A stretch of 64,000 bases of DNA from Dehalococcoidia bacterium (GTDB taxonomy: Bacteria; Chloroflexota; Dehalococcoidia; GIF9; UBA5629). Location: NCBI GenBank assembly GCA_041653995.1, contig JBAZEK010000001.1, forward strand, positions 1,030,613 through 1,094,612, written 5' to 3'. The notes under the pieces are model-generated. The model was not told the DNA's origin. It saw nothing but the letters and a program-made list of their open reading frames with translations, and made no database searches. The position numbers were made by a program, and so were the translations under genes. Numbering within the stretch: position 1 is the stretch's first letter; every line of letters starts with the position of its first letter. Shown here in pieces: positions 1 through 10,116 of the stretch.

Positions 1-60
1 CCCGCAGGTGGCAACGGTTCTGCCGAATATGATGCGCAACTGAACAGGAGGACGCAAACA

Positions 61-876
61 ATGGATACTTCGACTGACGAGCTGTTATTCGAGTGTGACA
101 ACGGGATTGGGGTTATCACTCTCAACCGGCCGGAAAGGAGAAATGCGATCACCTCAACGATGGGTGAAAGCTTTGTTAAAGTATTGGAACAGGCCAGAAA
201 AAGGGATGATATCAAGGTACTGATCATCACTGGCAGCGGCGAAGGCTTCTGCGCCGGCGCCGATGCTGCCAGCCGTCTCAAAGAACGGATAGGAGACGGC
301 GGTTACAAAGCGCTGGAGAAATCCCGCTCGGAGCTTCTGGAACCCGGCATGATAGTAATGCCCCACGCGCTTATGGACCTCGGTAAACCCGTAATTGCCG
401 CTGTTAACGGTGTCGCTGCCGCCTCGGGCCTTTCTCTGGCGCTGTTGTGTGACTTTCGCATAGCTTCAGAAAAAGCCAGGTTTGTCGCTTCATGGGTAAG
501 GATAGGGTTGATGCCGGACGCAGGCGCAAGCTACTGGCTGCCAAGGATAGTGGGGGTTGATAATGCTCTGAAGCTATTTTATACTGGTGAAGCGATTGAT
601 GCGGCCGAGGCAAAGAGGATAAACCTTGTTACACAGGTTGTTCCGCATGAAGAGCTCATGAGTACAGCCATGGACTTTGCAGGCAAAATAGCCAGTATGC
701 CCTCGGTGTCGATTGAGTTGACCCACCGTACGGTTTACCGTTTATTCAACGAGGAGTTGGCGAGGCAGCTGTTTAATGAAAACCTGGCAATGAACATCTG
801 CTTTAACACGGAAGATTTCAGAGAAGGTACAAAGGCTTTTCTCGAGAAGCGAAAGCCCGTATTTAAAGGCATCTAG
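61..876 (+). CDS. enoyl-CoA hydratase/isomerase (crotonase) family protein
   Basis: 271 aa ORF with the N-terminal GVITLNRPERRNAI crotonase signature. AGGAGG RBS sits upstream of the ATG at 61. Confidence 0.9.
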   Translation: MDTSTDELLFECDNGIGVITLNRPERRNAITSTMGESFVKVLEQARKRDDIKVLIITGSGEGFCAGADAASRLKERIGDGGYKALEKSRSELLEPGMIVMPHALMDLGKPVIAAVNGVAAASGLSLALLCDFRIASEKARFVASWVRIGLMPDAGASYWLPRIVGVDNALKLFYTGEAIDAAEAKRINLVTQVVPHEELMSTAMDFAGKIASMPSVSIELTHRTVYRLFNEELARQLFNENLAMNICFNTEDFREGTKAFLEKRKPVFKGI

Positions 877-906
877 TCAATCAAAGAATCTAGAAGGAGT
901 GCTACA

Positions 907-2271
907 GTGAAGAAAATCAGGATCGGGGCGGGTTCGGGTTACGCGCCTTCCAAGACGGGTGAAGCACTGAGGCTCGTGCTGGAAGGGAATTTAAATTACA
1001 TCTGCTTCGACCAGCTGGCCGAGCTAACCATGTCCATCATGTCCAAGAACCAGCAGAAGGATCCCTCCAAGGGTTACCTTACCCAGCACATCGACGGTAT
1101 GAAACAGGTACTGCCTGAAGCTCACAAGAGGGGCGTTAAAATCATCACCAACGGCGGTGGCGTCAATCCCGAGGCGGCGGCTGACCAGATACTCAAAATA
1201 GCCTCCGATAATAACATCAAAGGTTTGAAAGTTGCCGTGATCAAAGGCGACAATATAGCAGGCAGGATCGACGAGCTGCTCAAGAAAGGATGGAAGTTCA
1301 CCAACCTGGAGACAGGCGAGGACGATATCAGCCGGATAAAAGACAATATCCTGATCGCCAATGCTTACATCGGCTCCGACTCCATTGTCGAAGCACTGGA
1401 GGCCGGCGCTGACGTGGTTGTGGCTGGCAGATGTTCTGATAGCGCGCTTTTCGTTGCCCCAATGATGCACGAGTTCGGATGGAAGTTTGAAGACACATAC
1501 TGGCCACGCATAGGCGCTGCCATTACCATCGGCCACACGCTGGAATGCGCCGATTTCGTCACGGGAGTGGCCAGCCCGGTGTGGGAACATGTACCCAAGC
1601 CGAACGAGATCGTCTATCCGCTGGCCGAGGTATCCGAGGACGGGACGGCCATACTGGAGATGCCGTCATCGGGAGGCGGCCTGCTCAACGAATGGACCGT
1701 CAAAAGCCAGCTCGTTTACGAGGTGCATGATCCTAAAAACTATATTATGCCCGACGGCGTGGCCGATATGACGGCGGTAAAGGTGGAGGACCTGGGCAAC
1801 AACAGGGTGAAGCTGAGCAATATGACCGGCAAGCGCAGGCCGGACACCCTCAAGGTGATCATCGGGTATCCGGGTGGGTTCATAGCGGAGACCATGAACT
1901 ACATATCGGCGCCTAAAGCCCTGACCAAGGCCAGAAGAGTGGAGGAACTGGGCTGGAAGAACCTTACCAAATACGGCATGAAGCGCGAGGATGTGGACGT
2001 ACAGATCGATTACGTCGGCTTGAATTCGATACTCAAGTCCATAGTCCCCCTGCCGGACGAAGACAGTATCAACGAACTCTGCCTGCGTATAGCGGCCAGG
2101 GGTAAAAATCCTCTCGAGGCGGGCATGATAGCCGTGTCTTTCCTGGACATGTCGCCGGTTGGTTTCACTGTATCGGTCCCTTCCAAGCCGAGAAGCTATA
2201 TATCCCTGTGGCCGACGCTGATACCGCGCGAAGAAGTCCCAACGAGTTTTATTATGAAGAGGCTGGAATAA
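907..2271 (+). CDS. AtuA-like (DUF1446) acyclic terpene utilisation family protein
   Basis: 454 aa ORF with a GTG start. Its N-terminus (IRIGAGSGY...) and overall composition resemble the AtuA/DUF1446 family. The small DUF4387-like partner gene follows immediately. Confidence 0.55.
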   Translation: MKKIRIGAGSGYAPSKTGEALRLVLEGNLNYICFDQLAELTMSIMSKNQQKDPSKGYLTQHIDGMKQVLPEAHKRGVKIITNGGGVNPEAAADQILKIASDNNIKGLKVAVIKGDNIAGRIDELLKKGWKFTNLETGEDDISRIKDNILIANAYIGSDSIVEALEAGADVVVAGRCSDSALFVAPMMHEFGWKFEDTYWPRIGAAITIGHTLECADFVTGVASPVWEHVPKPNEIVYPLAEVSEDGTAILEMPSSGGGLLNEWTVKSQLVYEVHDPKNYIMPDGVADMTAVKVEDLGNNRVKLSNMTGKRRPDTLKVIIGYPGGFIAETMNYISAPKALTKARRVEELGWKNLTKYGMKREDVDVQIDYVGLNSILKSIVPLPDEDSINELCLRIAARGKNPLEAGMIAVSFLDMSPVGFTVSVPSKPRSYISLWPTLIPREEVPTSFIMKRLE

Positions 2272-2273
2272 AA

Positions 2274-2624
2274 ATGAGCAAGAAAGTGTTGATTAAAGAG
2301 CTGGCCTATGTCCGCAGCGGCGATAAAGGCGATATCTCCAACGTGGGGATAATGGCGTTCAATAAAGAGAACTACGAGATCATTAAAAAGCAGGTTACGC
2401 CTCAGAAGGTCAAGGACCATTACAAAGAGCTGGTCAAAGGCGAAGTCAAGGTATACGAGATGCCCAATATCGACGCTCTGCAGGTGGTCATGTACAGAGC
2501 CCTGGGAGGCGGCGCTACCTCTACACTCAGGTTCGATGAGACGGGAAAAGCCATGTGCCTGGGCATGCTATTCATGCCGGTCGAGGTGCCGGACGGATTC
2601 AAGCCGGCCAAACCTCCCATGTAA
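2274..2624 (+). CDS. small AtuA-associated protein (DUF4387-like)
   Basis: The ATG at 2274 is in frame with track ORF 2208..2624 and lies 3 nt after the stop of the upstream gene. A ~116 aa partner is typical downstream of DUF1446 genes. Confidence 0.45.
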   Translation: MSKKVLIKELAYVRSGDKGDISNVGIMAFNKENYEIIKKQVTPQKVKDHYKELVKGEVKVYEMPNIDALQVVMYRALGGGATSTLRFDETGKAMCLGMLFMPVEVPDGFKPAKPPM

Positions 2625-2671
2625 AATGTGTTATAAAAGGTCCAGCGCTTTCGTGCCGGCCATTCCGACTG

Positions 2672-3115
2672 CTATACGCCAGCCAGCCACTCCAGCAATC
2701 CGAATACCAGAACGCAGGCGATAAAATCTATACAGATACCGAAGCCTATTGCCTTGGTCACGCCGCCCTTACGTTTAACGGCGAAAACGACCAATACTAT
2801 TATTGCTATTCCGACCAGCCCAAGAGCTATAACGAAAAATGTATTTGCCAGAACTGACACCCCCGCCATTCCGGTGGCATTGCCGAGCACTTGTGAAGCA
2901 ATAGCAAGCAGGAGCGCCAGACATGGTGGAATTATTGTTGCGGGTATAGCCAGTCTGGCGGGACCAACCAGTTTCTCTTTTGGCCGGATCACCCATGCAA
3001 GAACGATGGCAGCAATGGTCAGCGGGATGGTCAATAACATAATGAATTCTCCTCCACTTTTTGGTTTTCTGTCAGAATGTAATTTAGCACGCCTTCCGCT
3101 ATCCCTCTTTATCAT
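2672..3115 (-). CDS. integral membrane protein (DUF2178-like), partner of XRE regulator
   Basis: 147 aa with several hydrophobic helices. It overlaps the upstream HTH gene by 17 nt, so they form an operon. Confidence 0.5.
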   Translation of the reverse strand: MIKRDSGRRAKLHSDRKPKSGGEFIMLLTIPLTIAAIVLAWVIRPKEKLVGPARLAIPATIIPPCLALLLAIASQVLGNATGMAGVSVLANTFFVIALGLVGIAIIVLVVFAVKRKGGVTKAIGFGICIDFIACVLVFGLLEWLAGV

Positions 3116-3302
3116 TCAGAATAAAGATATCTTCGATGGCAGCTCCCAGCGCGCGAGAAATTCCATAAGCCAGCTTGAGCGATGGATTATATTTGCCTTG
3201 CTCGAGAAAGATAATGGTCTCGCGCCGCACCCCCACCATCTCCGCCAGCTTCTCCTGGGTCAGGCCGAGGCGGGCGCGATATTCTTTCATCCTTGTTTTC
3301 AT
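3099..3302 (-). CDS. XRE-family helix-turn-helix transcriptional regulator (YozG-like)
   Basis: 67 aa with [19 protein letters not shown] and a GKYNPSL HTH_3-type motif. Confidence 0.8.
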   Translation of the reverse strand: MKTRMKEYRARLGLTQEKLAEMVGVRRETIIFLEQGKYNPSLKLAYGISRALGAAIEDIFILNDKEG

Positions 3303-3919
3303 GACTGTTCAACGGCACTGAAACTTGCACATAATCCCTTGCTATAGATTACCAGGCATCCCAGCAGGCTTAATGCCAGCACCGCCGGCGCCACCAGCAG
3401 CCCGAGTATAAAGAAGAAAGCATCCTCGAAGCCGAACCAGACGCTGACCAGATTATGCAGGACGATGGCCAGCGCGATTGTGCTGAGACAGAGCCCGGCT
3501 GTAATCAGGCATATCCTGAGCCATCTTGCCGCTTTCTCACCCAGGCAGGGACGGACACGGTCATAGTAATAATAGCCGATGACATAGACGAAGCCCACGA
3601 CCACGAGTTGTCCGCTGATGATCAGCTCTTTGGGAGTATTCTTGAAGACATTGAACCTGAACAGCAATATCAGCACTATGCTGGCAATAAAGAAAAATAT
3701 TCCGGTCAGGCGCATTGCACCTGTGAGATTATCGCGAACCCGTTCATCGATGACGGGCATCCGGCCGTGACGGATGAGCGACCACAATTCACGATGCCCC
3801 AGCAGCAAAATACCGGCTATCAGCGCTATCACTACGTACAGGTTCTCTCTGGAAAGCATCAGCATCAATGCCAGCAAACTGACAGCGGCATAGGCTATTA
3901 GTATCCATCTTGCTTTCAC
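3299..3919 (-). CDS. integral membrane protein
   Basis: 206 aa multi-TM ORF. A 4-nt overlap with the downstream HTH gene gives a three-gene operon on the minus strand. Confidence 0.5.
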   Translation of the reverse strand: MKARWILIAYAAVSLLALMLMLSRENLYVVIALIAGILLLGHRELWSLIRHGRMPVIDERVRDNLTGAMRLTGIFFFIASIVLILLFRFNVFKNTPKELIISGQLVVVGFVYVIGYYYYDRVRPCLGEKAARWLRICLITAGLCLSTIALAIVLHNLVSVWFGFEDAFFFILGLLVAPAVLALSLLGCLVIYSKGLCASFSAVEQS

Positions 3920-4357
3920 CGCATTTCCTCCCTATGTTAGAAATATTTAACGTTAGATATATATAACATATCACGTTCAAAAAGACCTGTCAAGGATTCC
4001 CACAGAAGCATGATGCAATTAAGCGCAGGTCACTGAGAAGAGTTACTTCGAAAAGCGGAGAGGGTTGATGACAGTCCGAGATAATTTACGCTTTGGTGGG
4101 GCATTGTGGACAGTTCCCGAACTCCTGTTTGAGAGCAAAAAGCTTATTTCGGTGCTGCAGCAATTGCTCACTGAAGGCTAACATGACCTTGTTTCCTTCC
4201 CTCCGACAACCACTTGCTCCTCGCCGGGATAAAACCTTTTCGTTTTGCTAAGCAAGACGCTCGAGATTATAAAGGCAGACCACTGACAGAAATCAAACTT
4301 GACAATTTATACCGGAGAAAGCATCTTCAATGTAGATACTATTGAAGGAGGCTTGGA

Positions 4358-4600
4358 TTGAAAGCTCGTATACAGAAATGGGGAAATAGTCTTGCTTTGC
4401 GTATCCCCAAGTCTTTTGCTTCAGAAGCAGGTTTGCAAAGAGAAACCTCTATTGAAATTTCACTATCAGAGGGAAAGCTCATAATAACACCATTGGCTAA
4501 TCCGAAATTTACTCTTAAACAGCTATTGGCAAAGGTTAATAAAGAGAATTTGCATCATGAGACGGATACTGGCCCCGCCGCAGGTAACGAAGCATGGTAA
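4358..4600 (+). CDS. mazE: MazE-like antitoxin (AbrB/SpoVT fold)
   Basis: 80 aa with a TTG start after a GAAGGAGG RBS. The N-terminus KWGNSLALRIPKSF is the classic MazE/AbrB swapped-hairpin motif. Confidence 0.8.
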   Translation: MKARIQKWGNSLALRIPKSFASEAGLQRETSIEISLSEGKLIITPLANPKFTLKQLLAKVNKENLHHETDTGPAAGNEAW

Positions 4601-4940
4601 GCGCTTCACCTATATTCCAAGATGCGGAGACATAGTGTGGATAACCTTAAATCCTCAAGCAGGACATGAACAATCAGGACGCCGCCCCGCCCTGGTAGTT
4701 TCACCTGTTAGTTATAATGATAAGACAGGGTTGGCCGTCCTTTGTCCCATCAGCAGCATTGTCAAGGGCTACCCTTTCGAAGTACTACTTCCAGAAGGAT
4801 CACCAGTGGCGGGGGCAATCTTATCTGACCAGGTAAAAAGCATGGATTGGCGTATTAGAAATGCAGTACTATTATGCACACTGCCTGCCGGAAATATCTC
4901 TGAGGTGCTCTTAAAACTGAACACCTTGTTATCACACTAA
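4557..4940 (+). CDS. mazF: MazF/PemK-family endoribonuclease toxin
   Basis: The GDIVWITLNPQAGHEQSGRRPALVVSP motif is typical of MazF. It overlaps mazE. The exact start is uncertain because no in-frame ATG lies closer to the conserved core. Confidence 0.8.
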   Translation: MRRILAPPQVTKHGKRFTYIPRCGDIVWITLNPQAGHEQSGRRPALVVSPVSYNDKTGLAVLCPISSIVKGYPFEVLLPEGSPVAGAILSDQVKSMDWRIRNAVLLCTLPAGNISEVLLKLNTLLSH

Positions 4941-5069
4941 ACAAATGCAATAAGGTCGTAGCCGGGTTGCGACTTGGACTACTTTACGATACGGCCTAAC
5001 AACTCTATACCGTTCGCAATATGAGTGTACATGCATAATAAAGTCAGCTTTAAATTCTGACACGCCGGC

Positions 5070-5098
5070 TTGACTGTGCCTTAATTTTCCCTTAATAT
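5070..5098 (+). promoter_or_regulatory. putative sigma70-type promoter (TTGACT-17-TAATAT)
   Basis: TTGACT at ~5070, a 17-nt spacer and TAATAT at ~5093, about 40 nt upstream of the RBS/ATG of the 5138 repeat-protein gene. Confidence 0.4.
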
Positions 5099-5137
5099 TT
5101 CGCTCAACCATGACGTGAGGTTTAGGAGGATTGAAAT

Positions 5138-7201
5138 ATGGTGACAATGCTGAGGCTCTGCATAGCCCTGATTATCATTATCGCATTGGTCCTGCCAGGA
5201 ACAGGTTGTATTAAATTGGGCAAACTGCCGGGAAAACAGGCCGCGGAAAATAAGACTGCAGCATCAGGCGTCACGGCCGGGGGAACTGCCGGACAGTCAG
5301 GATCACAGGCGCCGGACACGGCGGGCAATCAGCCCGGTCAGGGCGGACAACCGGGCGCCCAACCCTCCGGCCAGGAGGCACAGGTCATTACCGGCGGTGG
5401 TGGAGTTGCCGTTGCCAACTGGATCGGCACCTGGCAATGCGGCAACTTTAAAATGTATCTGAACCAGGCAGGTGACCGGGTAACTGGGTGGTACGAGTAC
5501 GAAAACAGCGACATCGAAGGCACTGCTACCGGCAACACTCTCACCGGTACCTGGACTGTATCAGGTGTTAAATATGGTTTTCAGATTGTTCAGTCCTCTG
5601 ACGGCAAATCCTTTTCCGGCCGTTATAACCAGGGAACTTCAAGCAATCAAGGTGGATCATGGTCATGCACAAGGATAAGCACGGCCATGCCCACTGCAAA
5701 ATCATCAGGAGAAAATTCCCAGGTAATCACCCAGGGAGGAGGCGTGGCCGTTGCCAACTGGATCGGCACCTGGCAGTGCGGCAACAATAAAATGTACTTG
5801 GACCAATCAGGAAATCAGGTGACCGGGTGGTTCGATTCTGAAAATAGCGATATTGAGGGCTTTGCCACAGGCAATACACTTGTGGGTACCTGGACCAAGG
5901 GCGGAGTCAAATATGATTTCCAACTGGATCAGTCGTCTGACGGTAAATCATTTGCCGGACATTTTCGCCAGGGATCATCAGGCGCATGGACGGGAGAATG
6001 GTTCTGTATACGCACCAGCAGCGCCAGACCTCCGGCGAAACCAGCCACATCATATCCCCCCTCAGCCATACAGACTGCAAGCTGGACAGGTACATGGGAA
6101 TGCAATAATTATAAAATGTACCTGACCCAGACAGGCAGCAAGGTGACCGGCTGGACTGAACTGGATAATGGTGACATCGAAGGCTATGCAACCGGTAACA
6201 CAATTGTCGGCACCTGGACACTCTCCGGAATTGAATATGATATTCAGCTAAACCAGTCATCCGACGGCAAATCCTTTACAGGCCATTACCGTCAGGGTTC
6301 ATCAGGCAATTGGGCAGGAAGCTGGCCCTGCACTTTTATAACCAACGCACAGCCTCTGCCAAAGTCCGCAGTTCGATCTCAGCCTGCACCGACAGCACCC
6401 CCCACAAGCTGGACCGGCACATGGCAGTGCGGCCAGAAACAAATATGGCTACTTCAGACGGGCAGCCAGGTCATTGGCTGGTATGATGAACAGAGCGGTG
6501 ATATTCAGGGCTATGTCACAGGAAATACACTGGTAGGAACCTGGGCGGACGCCTCGGGTGAAAAAGATATTCAGCTGTCCATGTCCGCAGACGGGAATGC
6601 TTTTTCGGGTCATTACCGCACCAGCCCTTCAGCAAGCTGGATCAGCCACTTCTCCTGCACGAAAAAAAGCGCGGAATTACCCGCACCCAAAGTAACATTT
6701 GATATACAGCCCGTAAGTATTACCAGGGGGATGTCCGCGCAGTTATCCTGGAGCACTATACTGGCTACTTCTGTAGATATTAAACCGGACATAGGTCCCT
6801 GTGGCGCTAATGGCAAAATAAATGTCAAGCCCGACGCAGACATCTCATATACATTGAGCGCGAGCAACCCATTTGGCGGATCTAAAGTAACAGTTCCCCT
6901 AAAGGTAACATCGCCGAACTGGAGCGGGGAATGGGACTGCGGAAGCTTTGGGCATATGATACTCACCCAATCCGGCAACCAGGTTAACGGAATATATACA
7001 TACCAGGGCGGTAAAATCAGTGGCTATGTTAACGGGAATAAGCTTGCAGGAACGTGGTCTGAGGACCCGACCCATAAAGCTCCTGATGATGCGGGTGGTT
7101 GCGAATTCACCCAGTCAGCAGATGGTCTTTCCTTTACCGGTTATTATGACTACGGGTTTTCAGGCGCCGTGAGTCCCTGGAACGGGAAAAGGATTAGATA
7201 G
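5138..7201 (+). CDS. secreted/lipoprotein repeat protein with five ~95-aa two-cysteine modules plus an Ig-like domain
   Basis: 687 aa. Signal peptide with an LPGTGC lipobox-like site, then a G/Q/P-rich linker. Repeated modules follow the pattern W.GTW.CG...MYL.Q.G..VTGW...DIEG.ATGNTL.GTW....SSDGKSF.G.Y. The DNA has near-identical stretches at 5407 and 5750. Confidence 0.6.
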   Translation: MVTMLRLCIALIIIIALVLPGTGCIKLGKLPGKQAAENKTAASGVTAGGTAGQSGSQAPDTAGNQPGQGGQPGAQPSGQEAQVITGGGGVAVANWIGTWQCGNFKMYLNQAGDRVTGWYEYENSDIEGTATGNTLTGTWTVSGVKYGFQIVQSSDGKSFSGRYNQGTSSNQGGSWSCTRISTAMPTAKSSGENSQVITQGGGVAVANWIGTWQCGNNKMYLDQSGNQVTGWFDSENSDIEGFATGNTLVGTWTKGGVKYDFQLDQSSDGKSFAGHFRQGSSGAWTGEWFCIRTSSARPPAKPATSYPPSAIQTASWTGTWECNNYKMYLTQTGSKVTGWTELDNGDIEGYATGNTIVGTWTLSGIEYDIQLNQSSDGKSFTGHYRQGSSGNWAGSWPCTFITNAQPLPKSAVRSQPAPTAPPTSWTGTWQCGQKQIWLLQTGSQVIGWYDEQSGDIQGYVTGNTLVGTWADASGEKDIQLSMSADGNAFSGHYRTSPSASWISHFSCTKKSAELPAPKVTFDIQPVSITRGMSAQLSWSTILATSVDIKPDIGPCGANGKINVKPDADISYTLSASNPFGGSKVTVPLKVTSPNWSGEWDCGSFGHMILTQSGNQVNGIYTYQGGKISGYVNGNKLAGTWSEDPTHKAPDDAGGCEFTQSADGLSFTGYYDYGFSGAVSPWNGKRIR

Positions 7202-7331
7202 GAGCATTATTGGTTTATGGTAAGTATTTTGGCTTCTATATTTAGTGCCAAATAACCAATATCCCATTGAATACCAGTCCATGCTAAAAAGAGATAAGTG
7301 GTGGTAGTATTACCTGGGGGCAGGTCATTTT

Positions 7332-7407
7332 TGGTGGACCTGGGGAGATTCGAACTCCCGACCTCCTGAATGCAAATCAGGCGCTCTCCCAATTGAGCTA
7401 CAGGCCC
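7332..7407 (-). tRNA. tRNA-Ala (anticodon TGC)
   Basis: 76-nt cloverleaf read on the minus strand. It has the G3:U70 Ala identity pair, anticodon loop TTTGCAT and an encoded CCA. Confidence 0.9.
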
Positions 7408-7468
7408 GCAAGACTACATATTATACTAAATCCGCTTCTGTTTGCTAAACGCCAGTGCGGCGATATAG

Positions 7469-8026
7469 CTATTTCTTGCCTTTGGCTGGTTTAGATGGAC
7501 GCGGCTCCGGTGAGCCCATCCAGCGCTCGTAGTGCACGCGCTCCGGCTTGAACCTGTCCTCCATGCGCGGCCTCTCGTCCGGATAGCCTACGGAAACGAG
7601 GGCGATCGGCACTATCCTGGTCGGCATGTTGAGCAGTTTCCTCATACCGTTCATCCTTTCCACCACCGGATAGACGCCGACCCACACCGCCCCCAGTCCC
7701 AGATCATGTGCGGCCAGCAGGATGTTCTGCGTGGCCGCCGAGCAGTCCAGCACACCCCTGCCTCTGGTCAGCTCGAGGCCGCTGTCGTTACACACCAGTA
7801 TGGCAAGCGCGGCTTCCTTGAGCATATGCGCGTGCGGATGAAAGGTCGGCACCTGTACGAGCGTCTTGCGCTCGGTGATGACCACGAAATGCCACGGCTG
7901 CTCATTGGCTGCCGAAGGGGCTGCCATCCCGGCCCGCAGGAGTTGCTCGACAACTTCCGCCGGCACGCGGTTATCCGTATATTTCCTGATGCTTCTGCGC
8001 GTCATGATTGATTCAAATGTTTCCAT
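7469..8026 (-). CDS. nitroreductase family protein
   Basis: 185 aa with the RRSIRKY...APSAANEQPWHFVVI signature of NAD(P)H nitroreductases. Confidence 0.9.
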   Translation of the reverse strand: METFESIMTRRSIRKYTDNRVPAEVVEQLLRAGMAAPSAANEQPWHFVVITERKTLVQVPTFHPHAHMLKEAALAILVCNDSGLELTRGRGVLDCSAATQNILLAAHDLGLGAVWVGVYPVVERMNGMRKLLNMPTRIVPIALVSVGYPDERPRMEDRFKPERVHYERWMGSPEPRPSKPAKGKK

Positions 8027-8050
8027 CGGTTCACCTCGTAAGCGCCGGAT

Positions 8051-9532
8051 CTATATACGCCGCCTGACCCTGGCAATCCAGCGCCCGATTAAAACGATCA
8101 GTGTAATGACTACCGCCGCCAGAACATAAGGCCAGATCATCTCGTAAAGCGGTGTGGGCGGCGGTTGCCTGTATCCGGTTAAATTCACCTTGAGCCTGTT
8201 GTCCAGTCCGCCGGCTATATGGAAAGTAGTCGCAGTCCTCTTGCCTTCTTTCTCGACAACTATCTTATATGTGCCGTAGAAGCCGCGCATTCTGGCGATG
8301 CCGTCATCACCCGTGTACACATCGCCGCGCGACCACCATTTATCACGGATAAGAGTCAGCAGGCGGTTATAGGCCGGCTTTTTCGTCATATCCATCCGCA
8401 ACAGCCCGGCCGGCGCCCCCTGCCAGGCGCCACTATCCGACAGGTCCCACCAGGTTATGGCCTGCACGGACGGGTGGCTGAAGAGCAGTATGTAGAACTT
8501 CTCCGCGTAATCAGCCTGCTCGTTCTCGCCTGCAGGTGTGGACGGCCACTCGGACGGCTGCTCCTGGGACGATATGCCCGTCCTGGGCTTGCCGCTCAAC
8601 ACGGTCACTTCGGTGAAATGAATGGGGGCATCGAAATCCTTGAACCGCTCGCAGGTATCCCAGACTTGGTATAAAGGCCAGTTGCCGCGGTGCATATGCG
8701 ATTGTATGCCTATGGCATCGAATTTACCCTTCTGCCTGACGATCCCCTGGAGCAGATCGCTATAATCCTGGTCGGTGCGAAAATCGTTGATTATGAGCGT
8801 CGACGTCGGGCAGGCCGACCTGGCCCAGCCCAGCGCATCCGCGCAGACCGTCACAGGTGTACGCTGGGACATCCACTTGCCCACCCGGGTGCTCACCTGC
8901 GCGCTCATGGTCGGCTCATTCACAACATCCCAATAATCGATCGTTCCGCAGAATTCACCGGCAATCTCCTTGACCCGCTTCTCCTGCGCTTTTTGCATAT
9001 CATCGGGCCCGACGGGCGCCCAGCCGGGCACCGATTCAGCCCAGATCAGAGGATGTCCCTTTACCGTGATACCCCTTTTCTCACACCATTCCGCAACCAT
9101 CTCGAGCATAATGGCTGATGACTGGCCCTGCTGCTCTTCATAGCTATCCCAGTAAAAAGGCGCGGTGCCGTAATTGAAAAAAGCGCTCAATGCTTCAGCC
9201 CAGTCCTGGTTGACTGCGGTGGGCCCGTTCTCGGCCAGCGGCGCCAGGCCGGTTCCGAAAAGGAAGTCATGGCTCTGCTGCTCGTAGTATACGCGCGCGC
9301 CCCTCACAGGAACGTTGTTCTCGTCCAGCACCTGTATAACGCCATCCCCCTTGCGTATCTTCTCGATACGGTCGCCGGCGCTCTGCATAATGAACCACTC
9401 AAATATCCCATTGTAAGCCTGAATGATGACATTGCCCGCGCTGACCCCAGGCGCCTGGCAGGCCGCCGCAGGCACAAGCAAAGAGACAACCACAATGGTC
9501 AGCGTCGCTATATAAAAACATCTTCTGTTCAT
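8051..9532 (-). CDS. glycoside hydrolase family 10-like (xylanase-like) secreted protein with C-terminal TM anchor
   Basis: Motifs KGHPLIW, DYWDVVNEP (acid/base region) and IHFTEV (nucleophile region) fit GH10. A signal peptide starts at MNRRCFYIATLTIVVVSLLV, so the start is set at ~9532. A hydrophobic C-terminal helix is present. Confidence 0.55.
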   Translation of the reverse strand: MNRRCFYIATLTIVVVSLLVPAAACQAPGVSAGNVIIQAYNGIFEWFIMQSAGDRIEKIRKGDGVIQVLDENNVPVRGARVYYEQQSHDFLFGTGLAPLAENGPTAVNQDWAEALSAFFNYGTAPFYWDSYEEQQGQSSAIMLEMVAEWCEKRGITVKGHPLIWAESVPGWAPVGPDDMQKAQEKRVKEIAGEFCGTIDYWDVVNEPTMSAQVSTRVGKWMSQRTPVTVCADALGWARSACPTSTLIINDFRTDQDYSDLLQGIVRQKGKFDAIGIQSHMHRGNWPLYQVWDTCERFKDFDAPIHFTEVTVLSGKPRTGISSQEQPSEWPSTPAGENEQADYAEKFYILLFSHPSVQAITWWDLSDSGAWQGAPAGLLRMDMTKKPAYNRLLTLIRDKWWSRGDVYTGDDGIARMRGFYGTYKIVVEKEGKRTATTFHIAGGLDNRLKVNLTGYRQPPPTPLYEMIWPYVLAAVVITLIVLIGRWIARVRRRI

Positions 9533-9684
9533 TTCCAACCCTGTCAACGAAAATACTTTATCTATTTTAGCACAGCATCCAATCTGTCTATACCGGCCTG
9601 CAGCCGCGAATGCCATTAACCCGACCGATAGTATTTTTTGACTATTGTTATAAACATCAATATAATATATGATAATATGAGTAT

Positions 9685-10050
9685 ATGGTAATATATTCAG
9701 GGAGTAATCATTTGGCTGAATTGAAATTGGACCGGGTCACGCTGTATGAGTTTCATGCTCAGTTCTGCAAGACGCTGGCTGACGCCAATCGTTTGCTGAT
9801 CATCGCAGAACTTGTCGGTGGAGAGAAGTCTGTGACCGATCTGGCGCACAATCTGGGCCTCGGTCAGTCCAATGTGTCGAAGCACCTGGCGCTGATGAGG
9901 GAGCGCGGACTGGTGGAAACCAGGCGTGACGGCGCGTCCATCTACTACTCACTGTCGGACCCCAGAATCTTTAAGGCTATTGAACTGCTGGTGCAGGTTC
10001 AAACCGAACAGGTTGCCAGAAGGCATAGCCTTGCGCAGCACAGCCGCTGA
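9685..10050 (+). CDS. ArsR/SmtB-family transcriptional regulator
   Basis: Winged-HTH motif LADANRLLIIAELVGGEKSVTDLAHNLGLGQSNVSKHL. It sits upstream of sulfur-relay genes. Confidence 0.85.
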   Translation: MVIYSGSNHLAELKLDRVTLYEFHAQFCKTLADANRLLIIAELVGGEKSVTDLAHNLGLGQSNVSKHLALMRERGLVETRRDGASIYYSLSDPRIFKAIELLVQVQTEQVARRHSLAQHSR

Positions 10051-10116
10051 CGCCGTACGGCGTAGTATCAGCTATGAACGTTGGATTTTAATCAAAAGTT
10101 AAGGAGGCTATTCGAA

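Noticed and set aside
4220-4240. Imperfect 19-bp hairpin cgttttgctaagcaagacg upstream of mazE
   Set aside because: It is short, has no T-tract and has no second copy. It is probably fortuitous.
8219-9118. Plus-strand ORFs (8219-8674, 8690-9118) antisense to the GH10-like gene
   Set aside because: They are antisense to a gene with clear catalytic motifs and have no RBS or signature.
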